Positions 10,372 through 19,859 of a stretch of DNA of 52,861 bases are shown piece by piece (the first letter of the stretch is position 1; each line of letters starts with the position of its first letter). The stretch is from a virus (Duplodnaviria; Caudoviricetes). Under the pieces are notes generated by a model. The model was not told where the DNA came from. It saw only the letters and a program-made list of their open reading frames with translations, and searched no databases. The stretch lies in IMG/VR virus record IMGVR_UViG_3300033149_002181, positions 1 to 52,861 of that record; one strand, written 5' to 3'. A program made the translations under genes and the position numbers.

Positions 10372-10905
10372 TTACTCCTCTATAACTGAGAAGCGTATTA
10401 GTATCGTGCTGCTGGCCGAGCCGTCATTTGTGATTGATATGACGTAATCTTCATCAGCCTTAAGCATAATGGGTTTCTGTCCCGTAAGTATGTCGCCTCC
10501 AACCGCTTTAAATCCCACAGAGCCACCAACATAAAACTCGTCAATCTGGGTGCCGCCAGAAACGTCGGATGGATCAGAATAAACACCTACAGAAGAAGTA
10601 TTCGAGCTAGCACGGTTACGATTGATTAAAATAACAGCAGAGGTTCCGTCCGTTATTGTGGGATTCTCGTACATCTTTAAGGTCATTTTATCCCCGTCTG
10701 TCACAACCGAGTCAACCATGAAGCATGCTGCAGTAGAGTCAGTCTTTATTTGTAAGTGTACGGTTGCCTCAGCATCAATCGTATATTTCACGTACCCGTG
10801 ATAAGCATTGCCGTCTAAGCAGTGTTTCATAAGCAAGTCCAAAAACACAAACGCGTTCTGCGTTTTGTCATAGCCATTTGCGGTTTTTATGGTCGCGGTG
10901 CTCAA
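10372..10905 (-). CDS. Hypothetical virion protein
   Basis: Beta-rich ORF inside the structural operon. Confidence 0.5.
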   Translation of the reverse strand: MSTATIKTANGYDKTQNAFVFLDLLMKHCLDGNAYHGYVKYTIDAEATVHLQIKTDSTAACFMVDSVVTDGDKMTLKMYENPTITDGTSAVILINRNRASSNTSSVGVYSDPSDVSGGTQIDEFYVGGSVGFKAVGGDILTGQKPIMLKADEDYVISITNDGSASSTILIRFSVIEE

Positions 10906-10922
10906 ACCATCACCACCTAAAT

Positions 10923-11309
10923 TTAATCGTCATCTTCATCAGTCAGGTAGGAGTCGTTCTCCATCATACCGAGCTCAAACCGCGCATCTTCTTCCGGCTC
11001 CTGCCATGTCGGATAAACAGATGCGGTTACAGCGCGTTTCTCCAGGTCGGTGGCCAGAGCCATATACGTCTTGGCCTTCTGGCTAAGGCTTATGCGGAGA
11101 TCGCCTACAGCTTTATCCGCCTGGCGGGAAAACTTGGCCGTTATCGCTTTTGCAGCCCGACTTGCCGCTAATAAAACATTTGTTGTTTCAGTCAGCAGGT
11201 AAGTTATCTCTTCATCTTGCAGAAGCTGGTCCGTTTCGTCCGTATCGCCGATGTGAAAGCGCACCTTGTCCTTGTCGGTCGACAAACTGCTGTCATAGCT
11301 CCATGTCAT
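10923..11309 (-). CDS. Head-tail adaptor protein
   Basis: DKVRFHIGDT...LQDEEI...VGDLRIS pattern. Confidence 0.75.
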   Translation of the reverse strand: MTWSYDSSLSTDKDKVRFHIGDTDETDQLLQDEEITYLLTETTNVLLAASRAAKAITAKFSRQADKAVGDLRISLSQKAKTYMALATDLEKRAVTASVYPTWQEPEEDARFELGMMENDSYLTDEDDD

Positions 11310-11321
11310 TTAACCCACCAC

Positions 11322-11675
11322 CTAAAACGAAGTCCCGGCATACTGTGTAGACAGCGTGCCGTGTTGATCCGCTATTGCTGGTTTTACCTGTACCTTGAGA
11401 TTGGTGTAATAAGACGTTACCTCTTTTGTTACCGCTGCCGCAGTTGTAACCGAAAACTCACTGACTGCCGTATACGGGTAGGTCGCGCCGCCGTCCATGC
11501 TCCCTAACACCTTGACGGTCAGGTCATTAGTTGTTGTAGCAAACAGAAACGTTTTAGTTTTGAGGATCATGGTATCCCATGCTCCCGCGTCCGCGTAATC
11601 ATTGCCTGTAGTGGTATAATCGTCGAACGAATCGTACATGGCATACAGATATCTATTCAGTAATCTCTGGACCAT
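11322..11675 (-). CDS. Hypothetical virion protein
   Basis: Thr-rich beta protein in the structural operon. Confidence 0.5.
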   Translation of the reverse strand: MVQRLLNRYLYAMYDSFDDYTTTGNDYADAGAWDTMILKTKTFLFATTTNDLTVKVLGSMDGGATYPYTAVSEFSVTTAAAVTKEVTSYYTNLKVQVKPAIADQHGTLSTQYAGTSF

Positions 11676-11829
11676 CAGGCGCCACCTCAGCTTCTGACTG
11701 GTCGATTAGTCCCAACCAATATTCGCAATCCTGGATCGCTCCGTTATAAGCGTTGAGGTTGGCAAGAAGCTGTTCGCGCTCGGCTTTCAGCTTCGCCAGC
11801 CTCTGCTCAATCTTCTCTTTTGTCAGCAC
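11653..11829 (-). CDS. Small coiled-coil protein (58 aa, not in ORF track)
   Basis: GTG start after GGTGGTGG; translates as MLTKEKIEQRLAKLKAEREQLLANLNAY...; fills the gap in the operon. Confidence 0.55.
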   Translation of the reverse strand: MLTKEKIEQRLAKLKAEREQLLANLNAYNGAIQDCEYWLGLIDQSEAEVAPDGPEITE

Positions 11830-11840
11830 GATGCCACCAC

Positions 11841-12515
11841 CTAGCTAGCCGAGTACAGCGGGATAGCGTAATCAGCACCGTCCAAGCTTACCTTAAGGAA
11901 CTTCTTGGTGGTGCCAGCATACTCGCTGTCGGTCAGCATATCTCTGGAACTGCCCTGGATTGTCAGGAACGTGTCTGGCAGGGCAATTCCCTGGAAGTAT
12001 ATCCCGGTCTTCGCTACACCCGATCCTTGCAGTGACATCAGAATGAACGCATCAAGGCCGCCCTTGGTTGTGGTTTCTCTTTGTAGCCATAAGTTTGTCA
12101 GGTAATCAGTCGCACCAACTTCTGCTAAATGCACGTTCCAACCCGTGACCGCCTGGGACGAAAGATCCGGAGTCCCGCTCTTGCCGATATAGATATAGCC
12201 GCCGTTGACATTCGCTGTCTCGCCTACTGTCAAGTCCGCCGCTAAACCGTTCCACTGGGAAACGGCAGATCCCCCAGTCTTTGCGCCCGTGTTTGATGCC
12301 ACCAGGTGAAACATGTTGGCATAACCGCTGGAGAATGTGGAGCTATCGGTTACAGTTAGCGAAAACGCATCATCTGCAGCTGATCCAGCGATTGTACCTA
12401 GAGCTATGTCAACCGCCCCAGCCGCACTGTTCGTGATTGTGGAACTGTTATTCAAAGTGACTTTACCTGTAGCCAAGCTACCAACTATAGCTTTACCTCT
12501 TGTCAGCAGGTTCAC
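11841..12515 (-). CDS. Hypothetical virion (head fibre-like) protein
   Basis: Gly/Ser/Thr-rich, downstream of the capsid gene. Confidence 0.5.
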   Translation of the reverse strand: MNLLTRGKAIVGSLATGKVTLNNSSTITNSAAGAVDIALGTIAGSAADDAFSLTVTDSSTFSSGYANMFHLVASNTGAKTGGSAVSQWNGLAADLTVGETANVNGGYIYIGKSGTPDLSSQAVTGWNVHLAEVGATDYLTNLWLQRETTTKGGLDAFILMSLQGSGVAKTGIYFQGIALPDTFLTIQGSSRDMLTDSEYAGTTKKFLKVSLDGADYAIPLYSAS

Positions 12516-12526
12516 CCATCATCGCC

Positions 12527-12865
12527 TCACTTTCCTTTCGCCTTGTCAAGATTAAGTGGAGCCAGCTCCTCCATCATACGTTCCTCTCGTTCTGCCCGCC
12601 TGTCTTCTTCTTCCGGCGTTAAGACTTTTCCAGAATGCTGTTTGTTTCCATGGTGAGTGCGCTCTGCGGAACCGATGAACTCAGCCCCGCAGATGGCACA
12701 CTGGTATGTTTCAGCCTTCTTCCCGACCGGGGCGAAATAGCCGAGGCGGACGAGCTTCTCATCATTCCGCGCGCCTACGAGCTCTACGATTTGTCCTCGG
12801 TCAAGCTCCTGTCCCGCATAGCCAAAGGGTCTCCTTGCCCAATAACGTTGCTTGGTAGTTGCCAT
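12527..12865 (-). CDS. Hypothetical protein with zinc-finger-like motif
   Basis: CAICG...HH; follows the capsid gene. Confidence 0.5.
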   Translation of the reverse strand: MATTKQRYWARRPFGYAGQELDRGQIVELVGARNDEKLVRLGYFAPVGKKAETYQCAICGAEFIGSAERTHHGNKQHSGKVLTPEEEDRRAEREERMMEELAPLNLDKAKGK

Positions 12866-13821
12866 TATACCACCGCCCCACTCATAAAGAGACCGGCATT
12901 TGTGCCGGTTGCTTTTTGGTCAAAATAGGTGTTAGCCTCGATGATATCCACCTCACGTTCCTCATCGCGCATCCGTTTGATATACTGAAGCGCATTGGCT
13001 ACTATTTGCCAGACGAAGGTATAACCGGCAGCAGGAGTTAGCAGAGACGGCCTCTCTGGAACGTAAATCATCAAAGCATTCTTGCCCCAAATCCTGGAAT
13101 ACGACACTGAGGATTCGGCAGTGCCCTCGGCAGAGGCAGTGTAAATTGCCCGACCGATCAGTACTTTGTCAAACTCAGCCAGCGAAGCAAACAGATCTTT
13201 GGTCATCTGTCCTTTCTGGGTGTACTTGATGGTGTCAATCAGATCCGGATGCCATTTGAGCTTAAGCCAAACCTGTTTCCCTAGTATGAGGGCGTTAGGT
13301 TCGCGGCCAATCAATGCCTCGACCGTGTCCTTGTAGTCGTCAAGATCAGTCAGCGGACTGGAGTTAGCATAGTCTGACCAAACGGTGAAGTCGGACCCGC
13401 CAGTCTTGTCGGTGCCCCAAACACCGGTCGTAAAAAAGTCGGTAGCGAACGCCACCTCACGCCGCATTTGGATTTTATCCGTCACCCACTCGGTTGCATC
13501 CCGGTCCAGGTTGAACGGAGCGTCCGCATTCTTCCTGGTCTCATCGTCGATCTCTTTCCGGATGGAAAAGCGGTCGCAGAAATACTTCGCGGTGGTTGTT
13601 ACCTTCCACCCACCACCAGCGGACTTAGTCCCCGGGGCCCTCAGTTTGGCCTCATCCCTAAACCAGTGAGACTGATCGTACTGCGGGATGATGTCAGACT
13701 GCTTCTGCACCGGCACGATCGGAAAGATCTGGTCGGCAATGTATTCCGGATTCTTGTACCCGATAGAAATATTGGTCAACAATTGGTCTACATGAAGCGT
13801 GCTTGCTACAGGATTAGGCAT
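12865..13821 (-). CDS. Major capsid protein (capsid E-like)
   Basis: 318 aa; HVDQLLTNISIGY...IADQIFPIVPV N-terminus typical of this capsid family; synteny. Confidence 0.88.
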   Translation of the reverse strand: MPNPVASTLHVDQLLTNISIGYKNPEYIADQIFPIVPVQKQSDIIPQYDQSHWFRDEAKLRAPGTKSAGGGWKVTTTAKYFCDRFSIRKEIDDETRKNADAPFNLDRDATEWVTDKIQMRREVAFATDFFTTGVWGTDKTGGSDFTVWSDYANSSPLTDLDDYKDTVEALIGREPNALILGKQVWLKLKWHPDLIDTIKYTQKGQMTKDLFASLAEFDKVLIGRAIYTASAEGTAESSVSYSRIWGKNALMIYVPERPSLLTPAAGYTFVWQIVANALQYIKRMRDEEREVDIIEANTYFDQKATGTNAGLFMSGAVV

Positions 13822-13852
13822 TACTAATCACTCCTTTTTCAAAATAAATTCA

Positions 13853-14245
13853 CTAGGTCGTGCTCAGCGTAAACGGCCCGGTCAGCAGTACACGAATAAC
13901 CGTCCCGTCGGCAGACGAAGCATCAAGCGCAATACCGGCGATATAGTTGGTGTCAGACGCTTTTTTCACTGCTTTGCCGCTTGCATCGGTGCCGACGTAA
14001 TCGCCAACGGCAATGTTGGTGCTGGAGCCGTCAGATACGACCTTGCTAATGCCCAGCACCCTTACTTGTGCCGCATGATACTGGGTCGGCTTGTTCTGCA
14101 ATACACCGATAGGCTTATCTGCCGCATTGTCACAGACATCAACTTGATCAGTACCACTCAATTCAACAAAGTAATATTGCTTTGCGCTCAGATCGTTCTC
14201 AGCCTTTGCGCTGATGTCGAATACAGCCATTTCGGTTGCCATCAA
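13853..14245 (-). CDS. Capsid decoration/cement protein
   Basis: IGVLQNKP...VGTDASGKAV...GIAL...DGTVIRVLL; directly upstream of the capsid gene. Confidence 0.75.
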   Translation of the reverse strand: MMATEMAVFDISAKAENDLSAKQYYFVELSGTDQVDVCDNAADKPIGVLQNKPTQYHAAQVRVLGISKVVSDGSSTNIAVGDYVGTDASGKAVKKASDTNYIAGIALDASSADGTVIRVLLTGPFTLSTT

Positions 14246-14256
14246 TATCTACCTCC

Positions 14257-15141
14257 TTAAATCCTAACCGCAGTCTCTTTGCGGTACTGTTCATAAAGCT
14301 GCGGGTTTTCAGCCAGCACTTTCGCCAGCGCGTCCATCCTGCTTAAGTTGGCGTTTTTCTGCACTAACCCCGCTGCCATGGCCTCGACTTTGGCAACAGC
14401 GGAGTCGCCAGCGGGCATGCCGCCTCGGCCAATCTCAGCATAGAGCGCGCCTTTCTCGATGGCTTCACTGGCCGCCTTCAGCACACCTTCAAGCTTGGTA
14501 TATTCTTCCGGCGCCTTTTCAGCCAAACCCTTCAGCACCAAACCAAATTCTTCCGGCTTGGTCGGCAGGTTGGTAAAGTCAGTCGCGGCCTTTTGCACGA
14601 ACTCCTTGCGAAGCTGCTTGTCGCGTTCTTCCTTAAGCACCTTCTCAAGCTCTTCGGCTTTCTTGATGGCTTCCTGCTGCTCTTTCCAGAGTGCCTCTAC
14701 CGCAGGACGAACTTCTTCCGGAATACCGGAAAAGTCATAGCTTCCGTCTTCCTTTTTGGTCGGTGCAGGATAACCATATTTCTTCTTCTTGTCTTCTTCT
14801 TCCTCGTCTTTTTTGTCCTTAGCCTTCTCGGTCGGTGCAGGATAGCCGTAGCCGGCCAACTCGGCCAGAGTCTTCATGATGTCCTTGGGCAAGGAGTCCT
14901 TATAAGCGTTGAGTAGTCGTAAAGCGCCTTTGACTGCATTCTGTGCCTTGTCGGATAGCTTGGCTGCTTTCAGGACTTCCTCCACTTTCTGCTCATCTTC
15001 AAGTTCAGTTTCTAAAACAGCCTTAAGAATTTCTTCCATTGAACTTCCCTCCTCAGATTTGTAAATAAAAAAGCGCTTTTTTACAGCGCCTCTTGGTACA
15101 AGACTAACTTCTGGAATTTCTAAATCACTTAATTGGTACAC
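14257..15141 (-). CDS. Scaffolding protein with N-terminal XkdF-like EVSLV segment
   Basis: Charged coiled coil; N-terminus LSDLEIPEVSLVPRGAVKKRFFIYKS; two YGYPAPT repeats. Confidence 0.7.
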   Translation of the reverse strand: MYQLSDLEIPEVSLVPRGAVKKRFFIYKSEEGSSMEEILKAVLETELEDEQKVEEVLKAAKLSDKAQNAVKGALRLLNAYKDSLPKDIMKTLAELAGYGYPAPTEKAKDKKDEEEEDKKKKYGYPAPTKKEDGSYDFSGIPEEVRPAVEALWKEQQEAIKKAEELEKVLKEERDKQLRKEFVQKAATDFTNLPTKPEEFGLVLKGLAEKAPEEYTKLEGVLKAASEAIEKGALYAEIGRGGMPAGDSAVAKVEAMAAGLVQKNANLSRMDALAKVLAENPQLYEQYRKETAVRI

Positions 15142-15153
15142 ATAACCACCCTC

Positions 15154-18100
15154 TTACGCTATTTGGATGTCAATAAACTCCACCTCCGGTAACTTTGGTT
15201 TGTCAATTGAGGTCCTCACGCCAAAACCACCAACAGAATAACTTGTTAGCCTTCTTTCTTCGACCTCTTTCCATAATCCATCGGCCTGAATTTTACTGCC
15301 GAGAATCCATGCCCCGGAATGGAATATCTCTCCGCCGCACTTAACCCTGTACGCCCTATGTGGCTTCCCTTCCATCGCCTTCTGCCAGTCATCATATGAG
15401 GGGTACGGGAATAGATAACTCTCGACAGGCACAGCATCGGCCTTCTTATGATGTCGATAGCCTAACAAACGAGATTTGATCAGCCAATTATGTGCCACCT
15501 GCTCAACATCTGCTGGACTTACCCAATCGTCCTGGGAATCAACTTGATAGGGATCCAACGCTACACCATACACAATTCGTCGGGGCTGATCGATTTTAAT
15601 GATCGGAGCCTGGTACTCTTTAGCAATTTTCGCTTTTGCCACATCAATTTTCTGTACGGGCTTACCTGGTTCATCAGCCCAAAGTAACCATTTTTGACCT
15701 TTCTCTTTTAGTTCGCTTATGACATCAGCGAGTTTGTGCGTTTTTGTATATGGTTCCTGCGATTCTGGCCGGTTTACTAACCATACTCTTCGCCCCTGTC
15801 CCAACGGAGCATATTGTATAAGTAAACGGCCTTTCAAGTGTTTGCCGTTCAAAAAAAGTTCACGTCCGTGTTCCCGGGCAAAAGAAAACTTGTACTCGCC
15901 ACCGTCAAGTTTAAAAAACTTTGAATAAGTTTTGCTCGTAGACCCGGGGCCTCCGGGTTCAGAAATATACGGACCTTTATCTGTAATGGTTATCCACCTA
16001 ACAGGTTGGAACAGTTTGAACTGGCCTTGTAGACTGTCATCAGGCGGTAATTCAAGCAGACGACTTCCGTACTCCGTCTTACGGATGTCTTCGGTATCGC
16101 CCTCAAAGACTGAGAACCCCCAAGCTGTCTCATCGTCTATCTGGAAGCGCAGGTCGCCGTGGACACTATGGTTGGTTTTCAATAGCTCTTCGTGGCTAAG
16201 TTTGGTTTCTTCCTCGCTCAGCCCGCGCCAGTGCATCTGATAAACCCATCTGCCTCGTCCAGATTTCGGGTACATGTTGTGCCATTCTTCTTCATACAAC
16301 TTCTCCGCTATTTCAGCCCGAGTGTCGCCTTCCTCGCCTAAACGATCAGCTTTTTCCACCTGTTCTAGTGCACGTTTAATTTGCTTTAGCTTCCTCGCTA
16401 CCTCCCCGCTGTCCCCGAACCGCCTAACCGCCATCGGGTGAGGCAAAACAAAATCCGCTCTTTCACCTAGAGCGGACTTAGCGGTCTGACCTAACGCAAC
16501 TATAATTTGCGGATTGGCTTTGTCTAGTTCGTTAAACAGCCAATCGCGCCATTTTTCTATTTCTTCTTTGCTTGGTTCGCGCACCCGACCTTTTTCATCG
16601 GTCAGGAACTGGGGAACTGCATTGGTGAGAAACACTTCATTAGGCTTGAGACCCAACGGTTTCAAATAAAGTTCTTTAAATGTTTCCCCGCTGGGGCCGG
16701 TAAACGGTTCCCCCCTAGCTGCCTCAACCCGGCCGGGAGAGGCACCTACAAAGACTAGTTTTGCGTTTTTAGGTCCCCGACTGGGAACTATGTCCTGCAT
16801 CGATTTCTGAAGCACCTGCCCGCGCTTCGCAACATCGATAGCTTGAGCAGCAGTGTAAGGTTCTTTTCGAGTATCATCCACATCAATTACACGAGCTCCA
16901 AGCCAAGCGAGAACTTTCTTCTGTTCGTCCGGGATAAGCTCCAGCACCTCGCACGTGATAATGTCGCCAACCTTGGCCTTAATGTTTGTAGAAAACGTCT
17001 TACCTAAATCAATGTACTTCTTGCCGTTTAGTTCCCGAACGTTGCGCCACTCCATACCTACGCTCGGCAGGAGACCGCCCCAATAGTTGTAGTCTCCAGC
17101 TTTCGTGCGCTGTACGTCAAGCACGATAACTTTCAGCTCAATAACTCGCTTTAGCTTGAACCACTCGTCGGTGGCCCCGCTCAGTTCGTATTTACCTCCG
17201 GCAGACTTCGCTACTAGCCCCTCGGAGCGGTCCTGGTCGAACGCCCAGCGAGCGGCCACCTTAGCTTCCTGTGGCGTCTTGCACCATTTCAAGGGAGAAA
17301 TAGTTAACAGCTTTCTGAGGTTCAGCGACTCCAATATCTTGCGCCTTTCCTTGAACGGTTTATCGCTCAAATCTTCTCCCCAGTACGGCACATCAAAGAC
17401 CGTCAAAATAGGCGTCTCGTTTTCAGCGAACTCTGGTTTCTCGCGGTTGAACTTCATTAGATCTGGCCTTGCCACCCGCTTACCGTCGCGCAGCATGCCC
17501 AAGTCGCAGTCTAGGATAAAGTCAGCGTTAAGCTTTTCCAAGACCGCTTTTATCTCGGGGAATTTGTGCAGTTGGTCTTTGCCATATTGCCCCTCAAACC
17601 AAAGCCGTAGCTGGCTGCCCTTTTTTTCGGCAATGCTCCTGAAACCATTATGCTTCGGCTCTACAGCTATCGGCCAGCGGTTTTTTGCCCACTCTAGCAG
17701 TTCGTCTATGGTGTAAGCTTCTGTGTATTCGGCCATGCTCGGTTTGGGCGGTACAAACTTCTCAAATGGCTCCAACCCCGCCTTGCTTACTGTCTCCGGC
17801 TTACGTAATATACCTCGGACATAAACCAAATCGTCATTCTGGATTTCCTCCAGCTTCTCAACCTCGAACTTCGGGCGGCCTTCAAGTAGGTTATCCTGCG
17901 TCCAAAAGACGAAGGTGGACTTATTCCAAAAGCTCTTGTGGTCGGGGTGGTTAAACGCGCCCTCTCCTTTCGTACTCGGCACTTCGAAGACAAACTTGCC
18001 GCCGGGCTTTAAAACCCGGTGGATTTCGACCATGATGTGCTCTTTATCCGCGAGATGCTCCAGGACGTGGTTTGCGCGTATTTCATCCGCGCTGTCGTCA

Positions 18101-18939
18101 GGATAGGGTATACCCTGCTCTAGGTCATATACTACATCAACCTGCGGGCCCGGTTCTTTATCGATTCCCGTATAGCCGTCGGGTTTAGAATCGCCACAGC
18201 CGAGATCTAGTTTAAGTGCGTCTCCTTTCACTACTTGGCGTCTCGGTTCCTCGCGCCGGAGAACTAGCGAGTAGCACGGTATGAAATCTGCATGGCTGCC
18301 TTGTGGCGAATCTATAAAATGGAGTATTCCTTTTTTCTCGGGGTCAAGCACCTTTCGCACCGGTAGCCAGACATTATCTGCATGGATCAGAAAGTTCTCA
18401 CCAGATTTATCCCTGTTTGCCCTGAATAGTACATCTATATCTTCCGGGTTTTCCTTGCCCACGGCTGCTGATCCCACAACAGAGACAAAGTTAGGAACAA
18501 CAACCACTTCCTGCGGCAGGCTTGCCAATTTCGTCTCTATACTCTGGGCTTTTTTCACGTCCTGGAGCTTCTTTGCTTCCTGCACCAGTTCACTGTTTTC
18601 GTCGTAGTCAAAGCCCCGGTGATCGAATTCCTCCATTACCCAGATGGCGGCATTGACAATCTCCTCCGCCGGTTCTTTACGTTTCTTGGCCGCACTATAC
18701 CACTGGTGCAGTCTAAGCCACGCTTGCCTTACCTCTTCATCCGGCGCCTCTTTTAGCTTATCAGGCCGTATTTCAGCCAGAGCCATTTTTTCTAAAAAAG
18801 ACGGTTCCTCCGGCTCGCGCCATCGGGCCTTACCACCAGCAGCGGGAAGAGCGGCCTGATGTATAGCGTTCCAGGCCCAGTCTGGAAGCAGCTCCTTTGC
18901 TTTTTCTAGAGCTGTCTCAAGGTATTCTTTGCTTGGCAT
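15154..18939 (-). CDS. Multidomain head-module protein: NTase, SAM methyltransferase, ATP-dependent DNA ligase, UDG-like, LigD phosphoesterase-like and XkdF-like protease domains
   Basis: VVGS...EDIDVLF; LDLGCG...HVLEHL...LKPGG; EPKHNGFR, FDV, EGLVAK, WFKLK plus OB fold; FVGASPG, TNAV, HP; QMH...HGDLRF; RRIVYGVALDP...SYSVGG. Confidence 0.82.
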   Translation of the reverse strand: MPSKEYLETALEKAKELLPDWAWNAIHQAALPAAGGKARWREPEEPSFLEKMALAEIRPDKLKEAPDEEVRQAWLRLHQWYSAAKKRKEPAEEIVNAAIWVMEEFDHRGFDYDENSELVQEAKKLQDVKKAQSIETKLASLPQEVVVVPNFVSVVGSAAVGKENPEDIDVLFRANRDKSGENFLIHADNVWLPVRKVLDPEKKGILHFIDSPQGSHADFIPCYSLVLRREEPRRQVVKGDALKLDLGCGDSKPDGYTGIDKEPGPQVDVVYDLEQGIPYPDDSADEIRANHVLEHLADKEHIMVEIHRVLKPGGKFVFEVPSTKGEGAFNHPDHKSFWNKSTFVFWTQDNLLEGRPKFEVEKLEEIQNDDLVYVRGILRKPETVSKAGLEPFEKFVPPKPSMAEYTEAYTIDELLEWAKNRWPIAVEPKHNGFRSIAEKKGSQLRLWFEGQYGKDQLHKFPEIKAVLEKLNADFILDCDLGMLRDGKRVARPDLMKFNREKPEFAENETPILTVFDVPYWGEDLSDKPFKERRKILESLNLRKLLTISPLKWCKTPQEAKVAARWAFDQDRSEGLVAKSAGGKYELSGATDEWFKLKRVIELKVIVLDVQRTKAGDYNYWGGLLPSVGMEWRNVRELNGKKYIDLGKTFSTNIKAKVGDIITCEVLELIPDEQKKVLAWLGARVIDVDDTRKEPYTAAQAIDVAKRGQVLQKSMQDIVPSRGPKNAKLVFVGASPGRVEAARGEPFTGPSGETFKELYLKPLGLKPNEVFLTNAVPQFLTDEKGRVREPSKEEIEKWRDWLFNELDKANPQIIVALGQTAKSALGERADFVLPHPMAVRRFGDSGEVARKLKQIKRALEQVEKADRLGEEGDTRAEIAEKLYEEEWHNMYPKSGRGRWVYQMHWRGLSEEETKLSHEELLKTNHSVHGDLRFQIDDETAWGFSVFEGDTEDIRKTEYGSRLLELPPDDSLQGQFKLFQPVRWITITDKGPYISEPGGPGSTSKTYSKFFKLDGGEYKFSFAREHGRELFLNGKHLKGRLLIQYAPLGQGRRVWLVNRPESQEPYTKTHKLADVISELKEKGQKWLLWADEPGKPVQKIDVAKAKIAKEYQAPIIKIDQPRRIVYGVALDPYQVDSQDDWVSPADVEQVAHNWLIKSRLLGYRHHKKADAVPVESYLFPYPSYDDWQKAMEGKPHRAYRVKCGGEIFHSGAWILGSKIQADGLWKEVEERRLTSYSVGGFGVRTSIDKPKLPEVEFIDIQIA

Positions 18940-18940
18940 T

Positions 18941-19834
18941 TCACAATTTCCTCCTGACTAACCCTTCTGTACATCGACATTGCGGATGTAAAATCGGACC
19001 CACAATCCCGCCTTCATATGCGCCTTCAATCGGAGCCCGTTTACCATCCATCGCCATGCATTGCTCACATGAACGTTCGTCGGGAGTATAAATCCATTCA
19101 CGTTCCATTTCTGCAGGATCAAGATACCCCTCATCTACCGCTTGTCTCCAGGCTTCTCGCTGTCCCTCATTAGCCGCCATCATGGTTTCTGTACGTGCAA
19201 TCACTTTTGACCGATAACGCAACAATTTCCGAGAATAACTATCAGCCATTTCATTTACTCGTTTTAATGATCGCGTGCCATCCTCTGCTAACCTGGCCCA
19301 ATAATTATCTACGGCACGCATCTGTCGCTCGGTAAGACCAATGTAATTTCGAATCTTCCTTGCCTGTTGATAAGGATGGCCACCTTCCTCAAAAGCTCGG
19401 CGAATTATTGCCTGAATAGCCTGTCGACTTTCCTCCGTTATCTGAGTGATAAGTTCTCCGGTATGCCGGTTAATAAACTCAACTGCACGCGGGTTAAGTA
19501 GGTCAAAACGAAGCTCCATTTTTAATCTCTTACTTAATCTTCTTACTGTTGCTTCTCCAGCTTTATTTATAATATTTTGAAAAATCTTTTTAAATGCCCA
19601 AAGACCGGCACCAAAAGCGACCCAGTCGATTGAGTTTTCAACGGAGGTTTGATTCCCTCTTTCTATACCTTCGGCCATTTCTTTTACCTTGACTTTCTCT
19701 TTAGTTTCGGTAACTGCTGATAAAAAAGATCTCTCAAAGTTGTCTTGTTCATCATCCGCTATACGATGTATCACACGCCATTCTGGACTTCTTGACTGAT
19801 CAGCTTTCAAAATAGGTTCGCGAAAAACAAACAC
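18941..19834 (-). CDS. Head morphogenesis protein (MuF/SPP1 gp7 family)
   Basis: IARTE, C..C and HPQCRC motifs; follows the portal gene. Confidence 0.9.
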   Translation of the reverse strand: MFVFREPILKADQSRSPEWRVIHRIADDEQDNFERSFLSAVTETKEKVKVKEMAEGIERGNQTSVENSIDWVAFGAGLWAFKKIFQNIINKAGEATVRRLSKRLKMELRFDLLNPRAVEFINRHTGELITQITEESRQAIQAIIRRAFEEGGHPYQQARKIRNYIGLTERQMRAVDNYWARLAEDGTRSLKRVNEMADSYSRKLLRYRSKVIARTETMMAANEGQREAWRQAVDEGYLDPAEMEREWIYTPDERSCEQCMAMDGKRAPIEGAYEGGIVGPILHPQCRCTEGLVRRKL

Positions 19835-19859
19835 AATCTATACCTCCGCATTAGGACTG

